The notes under the pieces were generated by a model. The model did not search any database and was not told where the DNA came from. It was given only the letters and a program-made list of their open reading frames with translations. A DNA stretch of 61,537 nucleotides from Amoebophrya sp. A120 (Eukaryota; Protista; Dinoflagellata): contig CAJINV010000015.1 of assembly GCA_905178155.1 (NCBI GenBank), positions 824,390 through 885,926 of the forward strand, read 5' to 3'. The position numbers and the translations under genes were made by a program. Position 1 is the first letter of the stretch; each line of letters starts with the position of its first letter. This document shows positions 48,451 to 60,264 of this stretch, piece after piece.

Positions 48451-49242
48451 CTTTGCTGACTTCTTGCCGTGGGGGCGTGAAAAACTTATGCGGACTTAGA
48501 TGTAGACTGGAAGTAAGTTCCAACGGACTCAGACAGCAGGTTCCTTGAACCTCACAGACCTAATAATCAGCAATCAAGGTGCAGATACGCGTGATGATCT
48601 TTTACGCGATGGGTGTGTTGAATCGTTTTTTTCCCTTTTCCTTCAGAGAGAGCAATCTAGTGTAATCGTAATTTCTCCTGATTGCGACCGCTTTGGCTTT
48701 TGTTTTCGTGAACCTGCTCAACGATATAGCATCTATTGCTTGCAAGACTCTTAGTCGCTCCCTTCTATATCAACTCTCGATAAAATTGCAACGAAAACGA
48801 ACCCGAACTGTTCATCTCGTTGTACTTCTCTCTACTGGACGACTCCACCAAGCACAAAACGACGCTTGTTCGCGCTTGCAATATACAGAATGTGGATGCC
48901 AAGAAGAAACGATCCGGCTCTAGTAGTTTTTCTAAAGCGAAAACGACGGCGCTGACGAGGGAGACACCGACGAGCGGAGAGCGATCTGGCATAAATCCTA
49001 GCTCGAACAACGCGAACACTTGCACCCTCGTTACTCATTCGATTATGATTGCAGCACGACCACGATCCTTCTAATTGCTTTTTCTTTTGCCTCCACCGCT
49101 TTCCGAGTATGAGTAAAAAAGAGTACCACAACCAAGCAGGAACAAATTCATACAACTGCTGGTCTTGTTCGTCTTCGTGAAGGTGAACGTGTGTCAATCA
49201 AAATAATCCAGGCAGCAGCTGTGCGTTTTACTTCTACTTACA

Positions 49243-49668
49243 TCAATCCCTCAGCATCGAGCAGCAGCCGCACTTCTTCCCCTGGTACTGAAAAACGTGC
49301 ACGTCAATCACATGCCCGGACTCCAATCTCAAACTATGCGTCCCGTGCATCGCGCGAGCCACGCTGATGTCGCACCATTTCAACACAATGGCCTGGTCAA
49401 AAACGGTCGCATTTTCCTCAAACTCGACAATGATGCCGTTGGTCTGCTGTCTTTGACCTCCACCACTGGAGGGTGATGAAGTTGCGCCGTTGCTGGCAAC
49501 TACAGCACCGACTGCTGCGTCGAACTGCATCTGTGGTATGGATCCGGGTATCGGGAAAGCGGTGTTTTTGGCAATGTCTTCCAGTTTCGCAACCACCGCC
49601 TCGGGGCTGAGAATCGTCGGGATTGGCCGCACGACCGTGTACAGGGGGTCGTTCTTCAGGGGACGCAT
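49243..49668 (-). CDS. Hypothetical 141-aa protein with Cys-rich C-terminus (KKCGCC)
   Basis: Intronless ATG ORF with coding-like composition, same strand as the cluster. Confidence 0.6.
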   Translation of the reverse strand: MRPLKNDPLYTVVRPIPTILSPEAVVAKLEDIAKNTAFPIPGSIPQMQFDAAVGAVVASNGATSSPSSGGGQRQQTNGIIVEFEENATVFDQAIVLKWCDISVARAMHGTHSLRLESGHVIDVHVFQYQGKKCGCCSMLRD

Positions 49669-50675
49669 GATGGATTATGGGAGAGTGATAAATGTTTTTG
49701 CTAGTACGGTATTATCTTCAGCTTCGGGCGGTGGTGCTGGACCAAGAATTAATATTTACACGATAACGCGAGGACGGAAAAAAAAGTAGTAAGTATCTAC
49801 CTCGAATGACTGGGTGGCACTAACAGTTGTGAAAGGGAATCACGGGCAAAAGGGGGCGGCCCCGGCCTTAGACTCTAAAAAATCTCTCATTTTGTCAAAT
49901 GCTTTTGTTTTTACATGAGCAGCCGGCACAAGCAAATACAACGAGCTTCAGAACTTTCCTGTTGTTCCTTGTAGAGCTTTGACAACTTTTTTCTTCTTGT
50001 TGCTGCTGCTGGTGGCTATAAACATCAATCCCTGGTGTGCCAATTACCGATGAGAACGAGAGTAGCACCGAGGCAGTACAAGCGAATCCCGACGCGTCCG
50101 AGTCTCGGATAGTACATGACTGTGGCAACACCGGTAACGGAGTCGAATTGGTAGACGTGTCTGAGGACCGACGGCAACTGTTGAAACCGAAACAAAGTAG
50201 AGCCGGCGCCGGGCCCGGGGTGCTGGCACACAACATTTGCAGCGCAGCAGGCTGCAGAACTACATACTATACCTAAATGTAGTACATTCTCGCAGCAATG
50301 AACCAAGCACCGACAGGGACATCGCCGCGCTCTTCTACACATCGGTCCAATAATGTCGTGTTTGCAATTTTCGTTTTTTTCGTTCGAAAGGAAAGAGTTG
50401 GTGGATTTGGTGCGTTGCAGAGGTTGTACCAAGGTGTTCACGTTGTTGTTTTGATGATGATGTCGCGTATAAATTCTCAAATCAGGATTTCAATTTAGTA
50501 AAGTTGAAGATCACGAAAGAGGACATCAGCCAGGGCACAATTGGCGTCGCGTCCTTTTCGACTCCACAACGAAATTCAATTTCTTGCACGCCTTGCTCAA
50601 CCTGAACCTTTTTTGCTTATCGTGCGAGTTTTTCATCTTTCTGTTCCTACTGATATAACAGCCCATCTCGCCATT

Positions 50676-52469
50676 CTACCGTCGTTTCCGCACCGCCGTC
50701 TTCTTTCCTCCCTGAGCTGCGCGCAACTTCTGCAATTTCACAGACGCTTTGTTCGTCTTCGCACTTTTATTCCCCTTGTTCAACGCCTCTTCTTTCTCTT
50801 TCTTACACGTTAACTTGAACAGCTCACTCGCCTTCTGCGGGCAAATCTCGCGCCTCACAGTGAAGTCCTGCTTTTTGAAGATCGATTTATTGGTTCCACT
50901 ACCTCCGCCCCGAATTTTCCGCAACAGCTTTTCCGCACGGGAGGTCTTCGCAGGACCAGAAGTACTACTACTAGGCGCTTGAGCTGTCGCCAATGCCGTC
51001 GCAGTGCCCGCAGTAGTACCAGCAGCAGCGGATGAGAAAATCGACTTCATCGGTCCTCCAGCACCTCCTGGTGCTGTTCCTGCTGAAGAGAAAATGCTCC
51101 CCGGCGCAGGCGTCGTGAAAATAGAAGCGGTTGCATTTCCTGTGCTGGACGAAGGGTTCGACTTCATCAAAAAACCATTCGCACTACTAGCACTGGTAGC
51201 CCCCGGTGTTTTCCCCTCCAAGACGAATTCCTTCAACTCCTTTTCAAATTCCTCCAATTGCGCAAAGGACGCTTTAAACATGGTGTTCCCGGCGTTCTTA
51301 TGCATTGCAAAAGTATCGTACTAGTATAAATTGCATTACAAATTGACTTAGCATTACAAATTAAATTTGTAATGCTGATTTACCTTGAAAAATAAATTTG
51401 TAATGCAGAAATGCAATTACTACGAGTACGATACTTTTGCAGAGGATAGTTCTCCTTCACCTTCAGCCTCGCGGTTTTCGCCAGTTTGCAGTGGTTGACG
51501 AGAAATTCGGCGCACTTCTTCTGCATCTCCGGGTGACGGACCCAGCCGAACCGCAGGGACGCCTGCCGCTGCCGTTGGTCGAGCAACTGCAAGGTCATTT
51601 CCGCCCCATTGTACCCCACATCCAGGAGCTGATTTTTGCTGGTTGTATTTGGTTTATTTCCAATTGCAGCCGTAGTGCTGCGGCCCCCACCACCAAACAT
51701 GAAAGACAGCGCATCGCTCGGTGTTGGTTGTGCTGTTGCGGTACCATTTGCATTTGTTGCACTTGCTCCTCCTCCTGGAGCAGCTTTACTGGTCTTTGTT
51801 CCGCTTGGTGCGCCCGTCTCCTTGGCGTGCTTCTTGCCCTCCGACAAGTCTTGGCAAACCGCCTGCGTTATGGAGTTCTCAAGCGTTACATTCTCCTCTG
51901 TTACATGAATTTGTCATGCAAAACTACCATCATCATCCACAAGATCAAGCTGCTTCGCATGACAAATTTGCGAAGGGCTACACACCACCTAAATCTGTGC
52001 GGGATTGGTAATGCAATTTTTGCAATCTTCCTCCTTTGGCTTTTGCCATTCTTGCATTACAGATTCATGTAACAGTTGAGAATGTAACGTTTGAGAACAC
52101 CATATGCGTCAGATCGCTGTTCCGAAACTGCTCGCCTAATTTCTTCTTGTTGGAAGAGGTGGCAGTTGAGTTTTTGCTTTGCTTCCCTTTTATATTCGTG
52201 ACAGAGGAAGAGGAGGTCTTCTTCTTATTTGTAGTCCCCTTGGAGGTCGTGGCTCCAACGGTTGCTCCGGTCGTGGAAGAAGATTTGTTATTCATCATCT
52301 TCATTTTCTTGGTTCCACCACCCGCGGCGGCTCGTCCAGCTCCGGGCGCTGCCATGGATAAACCTGCTTTTGGCAATTTTTCAATGAACTTTTGTAGTCG
52401 GAGAAAGTGGTACTGCTTCTGGTCGCTCAACTTGTTGTATTTACTTCTTACTTCTTCCGGTGACAACAT
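50676..52469 (-). CDS. Hypothetical Lys-rich basic protein (~465 aa), 2 introners
   Basis: ORFs 52065-52472, 51380-51847 and 50676-51305 join in frame (DLT-QAVC, KEN-AGN); spliced length 1398 nt. Confidence 0.8.
51299..51448. mobile_element. Introner family A (150 nt)
   Basis: Family A TIR, DR GTTCT/GTTCT. Confidence 0.92.
51869..52104. mobile_element. Introner family G (236 nt, reverse orientation)
   Basis: Family G TIR, DR TGCGT/TGCGT. Confidence 0.92.
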
Positions 52470-52835
52470 CAAGTGCGACCATTAATTTTCCAGCTCAAAA
52501 TGATGTACTAGCTACAAGAAGAACTTCGTTCATCAACATCAAGTGCAACTGCAACTTTCCGGCTCAATATTTCAATTTCTCAAGTTCTTTAAAGCGTACT
52601 CGCCTACTAGCGCTAGCCTGGTCCTGGACGAGATGAAAAACAACATAAGAAGTACTTAGTATAGGTATGAAATTTTGCACGACAAAGTGGAGCAAAACTA
52701 CGAGCACCGGTAACCATGATGGGCTGCATATTAGAAGATAAGCGGAACGGAACATAATTTCATGAAGATCTTCATACATAGGATTTACAAGATTACAGAT
52801 CAATGCGATCGCCATTTGTTCGCATGATTGGCCGC

Positions 52836-54100
52836 TCAGGCTGCCGGCCCCGGGCAAGCTACCCGGTTTGAAATTGGTGTAAAACAGCACTAATCTAAAA
52901 GCGGGAGGGGGGCAAAAGAAGCGCGCCAAAGTGCCGGCGCGAATGGCCAGGGGGAAGGCGCGGCGCGCGGTCCAAACAGACAGGGGGCGAGCACAGGCAT
53001 TGGCCGCGGGCCCGCGAGGACAGCAAAGGCCGCAGGCCTGTGGGCCCATCGCGCCCCCGGCTTCTGCGCCAGATCACGAAGCGGAAACAGGACCCGGCAA
53101 AGGAATGGGAAAAACCAAGCCCCCCACGGGGCCCTGTCTACAATATGCAACACAGGGGGCGGCGTTGGCATAACACAAACCGGAAACCAAGCACAAACCT
53201 TGCCGAAGATCAAACGAAACCACTGCAAGTGGCCCGTAGGCTGCGCCAAAAAGGCCTACACCCTAAAAATTCCGCCCAAAAACAAAAACCCTGGGCCACC
53301 CCGGTTGCTTGGCAACCCACACCCAAAACATTGCGACTTTTGCGCTTTCCCCAAATTGGGTCTCCACTGTGCTTATTGTGTTAATTTGTGGTGTAAATTT
53401 TGTTTAGTTTGTGGTTTAATTTTGCATTAAAATTTGCATTAATTTATGGGGGGCGCGATTTCCCTCATGTTTCGCCTTGTTTTGAAATTAATGCAAATTT
53501 TATTGCAATTTTTATTGCATAGATTATTGCAAAAATTATTGCAGAGGTCAGGCCGCGGGATCATGCGAAAAAAGTCGCAAGTCCTGCCGCCCCCTCTGCA
53601 AAAACCCTCGACCCCCATTGGCTCACAAGAGCGCCGCTACCAAACAAAGGCCGCGCGCTTGGCCGGGGTCGGCTCCCAATGTCTCGGCGGGCGACGTCCT
53701 ACCCCCTGAAGCCCCGGGGGAAGAGCCGCGGCAAAATCAGGCCCCCGGGCCGAGCAACACGACCACGAAAACACCGCCCGAGAAGCAACCCGACAAGGCC
53801 CGCCCCCGGCGAGAAGCCGGGGAATTTCGGCACGGCACAGGGAAGGGCTGCACCCTCGCAATGGGCACTCACAGAACCCAAACGCGGCACCCGCGGGCCA
53901 CACACCAAAAGAGCAGGGCCCCCGGGCAAAGTTTCCCCCCCCCGCGGACTCCGCGCGACGCGCTTCGGGAATTCCGGCAAAGCCAACCCCTGACCAGCCA
54001 ATGCCCAAAACCAACGAGACGAAACCCGACCCAGCTTTTACATTAGTGCTTTTTTACGCTGAGTTTATTGGCCCGAATTTGCCCGGGGCTGGCTGGCTGA
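52836..54100. mobile_element. Non-autonomous GC-rich TIR transposon, 1265 bp
   Basis: ~70-bp imperfect TIR TCAGSCWGCCRGCCCCGGGCAA...AGCACTAATSTAAAAGC. GGCCGC duplicated at 52830-52835 and 54101-54106. Absent from the paralogous site near 56290. Confidence 0.88.
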
Positions 54101-54724
54101 GGCCGCGGGCCCCAAGAAGGTCCGTCGATCATCTTGTAGTTGTCCCGAGTGTATTACAATTCAGATCCTCATCTTGACGATTCAGCTTCTCCTATGTATG
54201 CATATACACTTAGCATTCGTATCCATGAAGATTTATCAGATTGGTAGTTCCGTCGTGTGCAGCATTTATTTTCACCATTTGGAACTAGGTCCGCTGTCTA
54301 GATGAACATCCATAGAATTCAACAACGATCGTTTCAGTAGGGCTCCTAGGGTCATGCTCATGGCCCTTCATTCTGGGTCCATGAAGAGCGAGGGCGAGGA
54401 ATTGGAAGATGAGAGGAACCTCCCACGTCTTTTGTTTCCTTTTACCCACAGCTGCTTGGATTCATCAAATCTGTACAGTTCGTACAACGTGAGCTCCTAG
54501 TACATACACAACAGCATTCTGCTCATGCTATTCGCATTCTATTTTGTTCTGTCGTGGACGAGTTGCAGCTTACGATTAGGTTAATAGTGTGCTGCTGCAT
54601 CAAATCTTAACATTCATCAAAAACTTCTGCAAAGATGGACCAACTGGAGGTCGATTCAGGAGTTCATCTACCGTGTGGGAACTTGTCGTCGTGGTCCACA
54701 AAGCCACCAACTCGAACTCCCACT

Positions 54725-54991
54725 TATCAAGTGCAAAAATGTCTGGCTCTGGAAAAGTGTAAACTTGTCATGCAGATTCTCCATGACCCATGAGGTGTGG
54801 AATGCGGGGCTTAGCCTGACAGACTCTGCGGGGTCTCTTCCATGCCTATCCTGCATGAGAAACTGCCTTCCATCTTGGTCAAAAGTGGACAGCTTTGGGC
54901 ACTCATGCAACACAGATTTTTGCATGCTTCAGAATTACCATGACAAGTTGCAACCTTCCAGAACCAGACCCAGACATATTTGCATTTGATA
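54725..54991. mobile_element. Introner family C (267 nt) in a duplicated 3'-UTR-like segment
   Basis: Family C TIR, flanks CCACT/CACT. Absent from the paralogous site near 56880. Confidence 0.8.
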
Positions 54992-55138
54992 CACTCTAGC
55001 TCTTACATCTCATACTCATCCCGCCTTTCCATTCCGTTATGGGTACTGCTTCCATCCCGCCTTTCCAATCCGTAGTCGGAGAAAGTGGTACTGCTTCTGG
55101 TCGCTCAACTTGTTGTATTTACTTCTTACTTCTTCCCG

Positions 55139-55445
55139 TATGGAAGTGTCAGAATCGAAATTAACAAAATCGAAATAATTTGCGATGCATAAAATGTAGG
55201 GCACTGGAGGCCTGTATTGGGGAGCAGGCAAATGAGACCGATTGTAGGCCTGTTTAGGGGTATACAATGTGCTGCCAGAGTAGCATGACAGGAGGACTCT
55301 ACTTTGCTGAAATAGCATGACAGACTGGATTTGAGTGCTCCCAAAATTTGCCACGCGCCAATTGGAAACTGAGGCTCCAACTGACATCGATTTTGTGCAT
55401 CGCAAATTTTTCGACTTTGTCAATTTCGATTCTGACACTTCCATA
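55139..55445. mobile_element. Introner family E (307 nt), close paralog of the 59918 copy
   Basis: Family E TIR, DR TCCCG/GCCCG. Confidence 0.9.
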
Positions 55446-55486
55446 GCCCGCCCGAAAATTGTAGAGGCGAAGGCTCGCGAGCTTTT

Positions 55487-55775
55487 TATCCTGTGCAAAA
55501 GTGTCGCACTCGTATTGCAATCATGCATTAGAGTGGGGTAACAAACCTCCTGCAGGTAGTTGCCGGCCAACTTCTCATCCACCCGGCCGGGTGGATGAGA
55601 AGTTGGCTTGGTTGGCGTGTCCGCGTCACCCGCCCACCCGGCTCCGTCCAAAAAAAAATTTGTAATACAAATTTTTTTCTGAAGCTAAATTCGCATATAC
55701 AAATTTTATTTCTCATGCTGAGGAAATTCGTAATGCTAATGCATTTATACGAGTACGATACTTTTGCAGTGCATA
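55487..55775. mobile_element. Introner family A (289 nt) with a nested ~135-nt insert
   Basis: Family A TIR, DR CTTTT/CTTTT. The insert carries a 42-bp perfect palindrome at 55566-55607. Confidence 0.85.
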
Positions 55776-56887
55776 CTTTTTCGCCGGGGACAACTTCAGT
55801 AGGAAGCTGGGAACGGGGTCGCCGGACTTCGAAAGCCAGCACCCGCCACTCTTCAGCTGGAAGTTTGCGATACTCGGAGAAAGTGGTACTGCTTCTGCTC
55901 GCTCAACTTGTTGTATTTACTTCTTACTTCTTCCGGTGACAACTTTCGCTTTCCAGTGCAACTTTCGCTTTCCAGCTAAAAATGTAGTATGAAACTTCGT
56001 TCATCAACATCAAATGCTGCAACTTTCCAGTTCAAAATTTTTCAAGCCGTTGTGAACTTGCCTACTTGCACTTGCCTGATCCTGGACATGGAAAAACAAC
56101 ATAGACATGAATAAATTTTTGCACGACAAAGTGGATCAAAACGAGCACCGGTAACCATTATGGGCTGCATATTTTAGAAGATAAACGGAAAGGAACATCA
56201 TAATTTCATGAAGGTCTTCTTCTTCGTAGGATTTACGTACAAGATTATGATTACAGATCAATGCGATGGTCATTTGTTCGCATGATTGGCGGGCCCAGAG
56301 ACGGTCCATCGATTATCTTGTCCCGAATTATATCACAAGCAATTCAGATCCTCGTATTTCCTATGTGTTGTACTAATGGCATTCTTATCCACCATGAAGA
56401 TTGTTTGTTGATCCAGCATCATTTAAGTGCATTTATTTTCACCAGTGAGTTGGAACAACTACGTCCGCTTTATTCGAGATGAACATCGATGGAGTGCAAC
56501 GCTCATCATTTCATCAGTAGGGTCACGGCCCGTCGTTCTTCTAATCTAGGCTCAACATAACGAGCAAGGGTGAGGAACAGGATCATGAAAGGAAGCCACG
56601 TCCTTTGTTTCTTTTTGCTTTTATTTTCGCGCTTGTTCCCAATCATGATCATTTTTTAAAGTTGTTCATACACTTCTTGCTTTATCAAATGCTTATTGTT
56701 CCGTCGTGGAGTAGATGTTTTTGTTTCAGTAGGTAACTGTGCTGCTTCAAAATCAGATTCATCAGAAATTACAAATCAGATGGAGGCTCACGACCAGGAC
56801 GTCGATTCATAGCACCGACGTGTAGGACTAGGAACTTTTCGTCCGCAGGACCAACAACTCGAAGATGAACAACTCCACCTCCACTTC

Positions 56888-59800
56888 TCACATCTCATAC
56901 TCATCCCGCCTTTCCATTCCGCCGCGGGGAAGCTGATCCATGGATAGCTTTCGGTCTTCTTGTCCACCTCCGTCGCCATAGAAGGAAGATGCTGATGAAG
57001 TTCCAGCTTCCTCCTTCCCGACTCCGGATAATTGTTCTCTCGCACTTGCACTTGGTGGGCCACCTTTTCCTTTGGATTTTGTTCCACCTTTCATCGACGC
57101 TTTAGTATTGGTCTTTCCCTGCTCGTTGTCGCGATCTTCATCAACTCGTCGCGACCGTCGTCCAGCTTGTGGCTCTTGATTCACGACAGTTGCAGGAACA
57201 GCCGTGGAGCTGCTCGCCGTGTTGTTCGCTTTTTGCTGAGAAGAGAGCGAAGATGGTGGTCCTCCTGGTCGCGCTAACGGTGTTCCTGATGTTGTTCCGT
57301 CTCGACTTCCACCTTGCTTGTTTATTTTACCTTCCTCCAGTGCGCGATCTTGTTCCGAAAGAGCTCTACTTCTGCGACTGGGAACGAGGGCGTCGATCTG
57401 CAGATCGAAGACTTGCAGCACGTGCCCCGCTCCAGCGCCCAAGCGGAATTCTAATGCCACGTTTTCGGTGGTCCCTTTCGCTCCGAGCTTGTTCAAAAAG
57501 TTGAGACTCCCAGTGCTGACGCCGTTGGGGTCTGTGTGCGGCATCCATCCGTCGCACCCCGTGATGACGTGGACCTGCCGCTCTCGGGTTTTCGGCGCAG
57601 GCTCGATGCGGACCAGGTTATTGGAGTAGATACCATCGGCATCGTAAGAAAAAAGTGCTACACTTACACCTTTCTCATGCAAGAGCGGCAACACAGACAA
57701 CCTTTCTCATGCAGGAAATGCTTAGGAGCCTCGTTTCCTTCCTGTTTTCTCTTATGATCTTCGCGTTACAAGTTTTCTCTGCCACGCAGAGAAAATTTGT
57801 GATGCGGAAACTCCAACAAGTGTGTAACTGTATATACTTTTTTCTCATGATAATCGGCTGTCATGCGCTTGATCTGCAAGGATCCCTTGGATTCGCCCCA
57901 TCCCTGGTCTTTCCAATCGATATACACGCGGATGGCGACCACCTTCTGCGTGTAAGAAAACGTGGTTACGTTATGGGACTCTCAAATGTTACATTCTCAA
58001 CTGTTACATGAGTTTGTAATGCTAGAAGAGCAAAAGTCAAAGGGGGAGGGTTGCGCCTCTAGCATTACAAATTCCGCACAGATTTCAATGCTGTTTAGCC
58101 CTTCGGGAATTTGGCATGCGAAGTCGCTTCACAATGTGAATCGAATGATGATGTTAGTTTTGCATGACAAATCGTGTAACAGTTGAGAATGTAACGCTTG
58201 AGAACGCCATATACGTACTGCAAGAGGTCGAAATCGTCGGAAAACGGGGGTCCGTTCCGGTTATGGCGTTCTCAAACGTTACATTCTCAACTGTTCCATG
58301 GATTTGTAATGCAAGAACAGCAACAGCAAAAGTGGCAATATTGCAGCTTTCGCATCACAGATTTGCCGCAGATTATCATGCTGCTTGGCCCTTCGAAAAT
58401 TTGTCACGCTAAGCACCTTGATCAAGTGGATGCTGATAGCAGTTTTGCATGACAAATCCGTGTAACAGTTGAGAATGTAACAGTTGAGATGAACGCCATA
58501 CCGGTACAACGGTGCTTGCGACCAGCGGAATATCTCATGGGTGTACTTAGAGGCCTCGTACAGGTCTTCCTTGTTGGCCACACCTGACGTGCTTAGAAGA
58601 TCGGCGGCCACATCTTCTAGAACTTGAATCCCACAGACCGCTATTTGCTCCGTCGTCGCCTGGCCTAGGCGGCTTTATCAAATGCAAAAATGTCTGGGTC
58701 TGGGAGAACTTGTGATGCTGTCTCTGGATTCGAAAAAGATTTGTATTGCATGACCAGTAAGAGGAGTAGATTTTGTGCTCCGCGGAAATGGCATTTGTCA
58801 TGCGGAATAGGCATGAGGAAGCGCTCTAAAAATCTGTGATGCTACGGCATGCATCACAGACATCATGGGTCATGGAAAATATGCATGACAAATCTAGATT
58901 TTGTTGTTGAAATCTTCCAGACCCAGGCATTTTTACAGTTGATAGGCTTTGGTCCCAGGCAATCCGGACACTCTCCGCCTGGTTGAGGGAAGGTATTTCG
59001 GTCAGGGGAATGTCTACAAAGCGGTAGTTATCGTCGTACAAATTCTCCAACGGGCCGGGTACTCGATTGCTCTCACTGGGATCCAGTATTGCCTGAAAAT
59101 TAACCATCCCCATCCACTTTTTGCATGACAGACACAGAATTTTATACATGTTTTGCATGACAAATTGGATGGGGATGGTTAATTTTCAGGGAATATCCAG
59201 GCTGCCAACCTGATGACCCGTGCCGACCATGTATCAAAATGAAAAACCCCCCCTCCCCATATCGAAACGAGATCTGTGATGCTGGATTTGCGCACACGCA
59301 TCAGATTTGTCTTGCTGAAGGGGACGGCAGGCCTACGTCAAGCCTGAGTAGAGAGGTTTTGGCGTAGGCGCTTAGCATGAGAAACGTCCGCGCTTTGGGC
59401 CAAACCGCATTACAAACCGCCTCCATAATGCGGCGGAGCCTGTGGAGTTGCCGTCTTGCAAGACAGAGATGATATGTGGTCGCAAATCAGCATTGCAAAT
59501 TTTCTGCGACGTACTTACCTTTTCGATATGGGGAGGGGGGATTTTTCCTTACGATACCAGGCACGGCGCGCTCCCCACACCCGACCCCGCCGCGCAAATC
59601 TGCACTATGGGAAGATTCTCAAACGTTACATCCTCAAACAATAATGCAAGAATGGCAAAAGTGAAAGGAGGAAGACGAAGATTTTTTTTGCGCCTTTTGC
59701 ATTACAGATTTCATCGGACGGATAATTCTAGTGCTATTTAGCGCGTCGAGAAGTTGTCATGCGAAGAAGGATTGATGTAGTTGATCGTGTGAAGAGTGAT

Positions 59801-60264
59801 AGTGCTTTATTTGCATGACAAATCATGTAAGAACGGTTGAGAATGTAAGAACGTTTGAGAACGCCATATCCACGTAAGCATTCTTGTACCACAGGGACTT
59901 GACCGGTTCGACGCCCGTATGGAAGTGTCAGAATCGAAATTGACAAAATCAAAATAATTTGTGAAGCATAAAATGCAGGGCACTGGAGGCATGTATTGGG
60001 GAGCAGGCAAATGAGACCGATTGTAAGCCTGTTTAGGGAATGCAATGTGCTGCCAGAGTAGCATGACAGGAGCACTCTACTTTGCTGAAGTAGCATGACA
60101 GACTGGATTTGGATGCTCCCAAAATTTGTCATGCACCACTTGGAAACTGAGGCTCCAACTGACATCGATTTTGTGCATCACAAATTTTTCGACTTTGTGA
60201 ATTTCGATTCTGACACTTCCATAGCCCGCCCGAAAATTGTAGAGGCGAAGGCTCGCGAGCTTTT
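56888..60264 (-). CDS. Multi-exon hypothetical protein with a WKDQGWGxxKG...GAGAGH domain; 5' end missing or disrupted
   Basis: Seven introner excisions give a continuous frame KLASLRLYNFRAG-VEPVKSLWYKNAYV-..-SLD-PSES..WDQS-RLG..LYR-NGPP..LQYV-TTFSYTQKVVAIRVYIDWKDQGWGESKG. The junction at 57660-57860 is unresolved. Confidence 0.7.
57972..58211. mobile_element. Introner family G (240 nt)
   Basis: Family G TIR, DR TACGT/TACGT. Confidence 0.92.
58262..58500. mobile_element. Introner family G (239 nt)
   Basis: Family G TIR, DR CCGGT/CCGGT. Confidence 0.92.
58676..58944. mobile_element. Introner family C (269 nt)
   Basis: Family C TIR, DR GGCTT/GGCTT. Confidence 0.9.
59087..59195. mobile_element. 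Introner family J (109 nt)
   Basis: 30-bp TIR TATTSCCTGAAAATTAACCATCCCCATCCA (1 mismatch), DR TCCAG/TCCAG. Confidence 0.92.
59232..59556. mobile_element. Introner family D (325 nt)
   Basis: Family D TIR, DR CCATG/CCAGG. Confidence 0.9.
59606..59868. mobile_element. Introner family G (263 nt)
   Basis: Family G TIR, DR TGCAC/TCCAC. Confidence 0.88.
59918..60223. mobile_element. Introner family E (306 nt)
   Basis: Family E TIR, DR GCCCG/GCCCG. Confidence 0.92.

Larger units (their letters stand above)
55037..55943 (-). pseudogene. Chimeric gene fragments from the two neighbouring genes
   Basis: Two extra copies of the EEVRSKYNKLSDQKQYHFLR segment flank exon(s) of the upstream gene (KLASLRLYNFRAG). 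The spliced frame hits TAA. Confidence 0.6.
52395..56920. repeat. Diverged local duplication: 52395-55035 (minus inserts) is paralogous to 55875-56920
   Basis: Shared blocks GGAGAAAGTGGTACTGCTTCTG, GCACGACAAAGTGGA, CATTTGTTCGCATGATTGGC, AATTCAGATCCTC and CATCTCATACTCATCCCGCCTTTCCATTCC occur in the same order. Confidence 0.85.
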
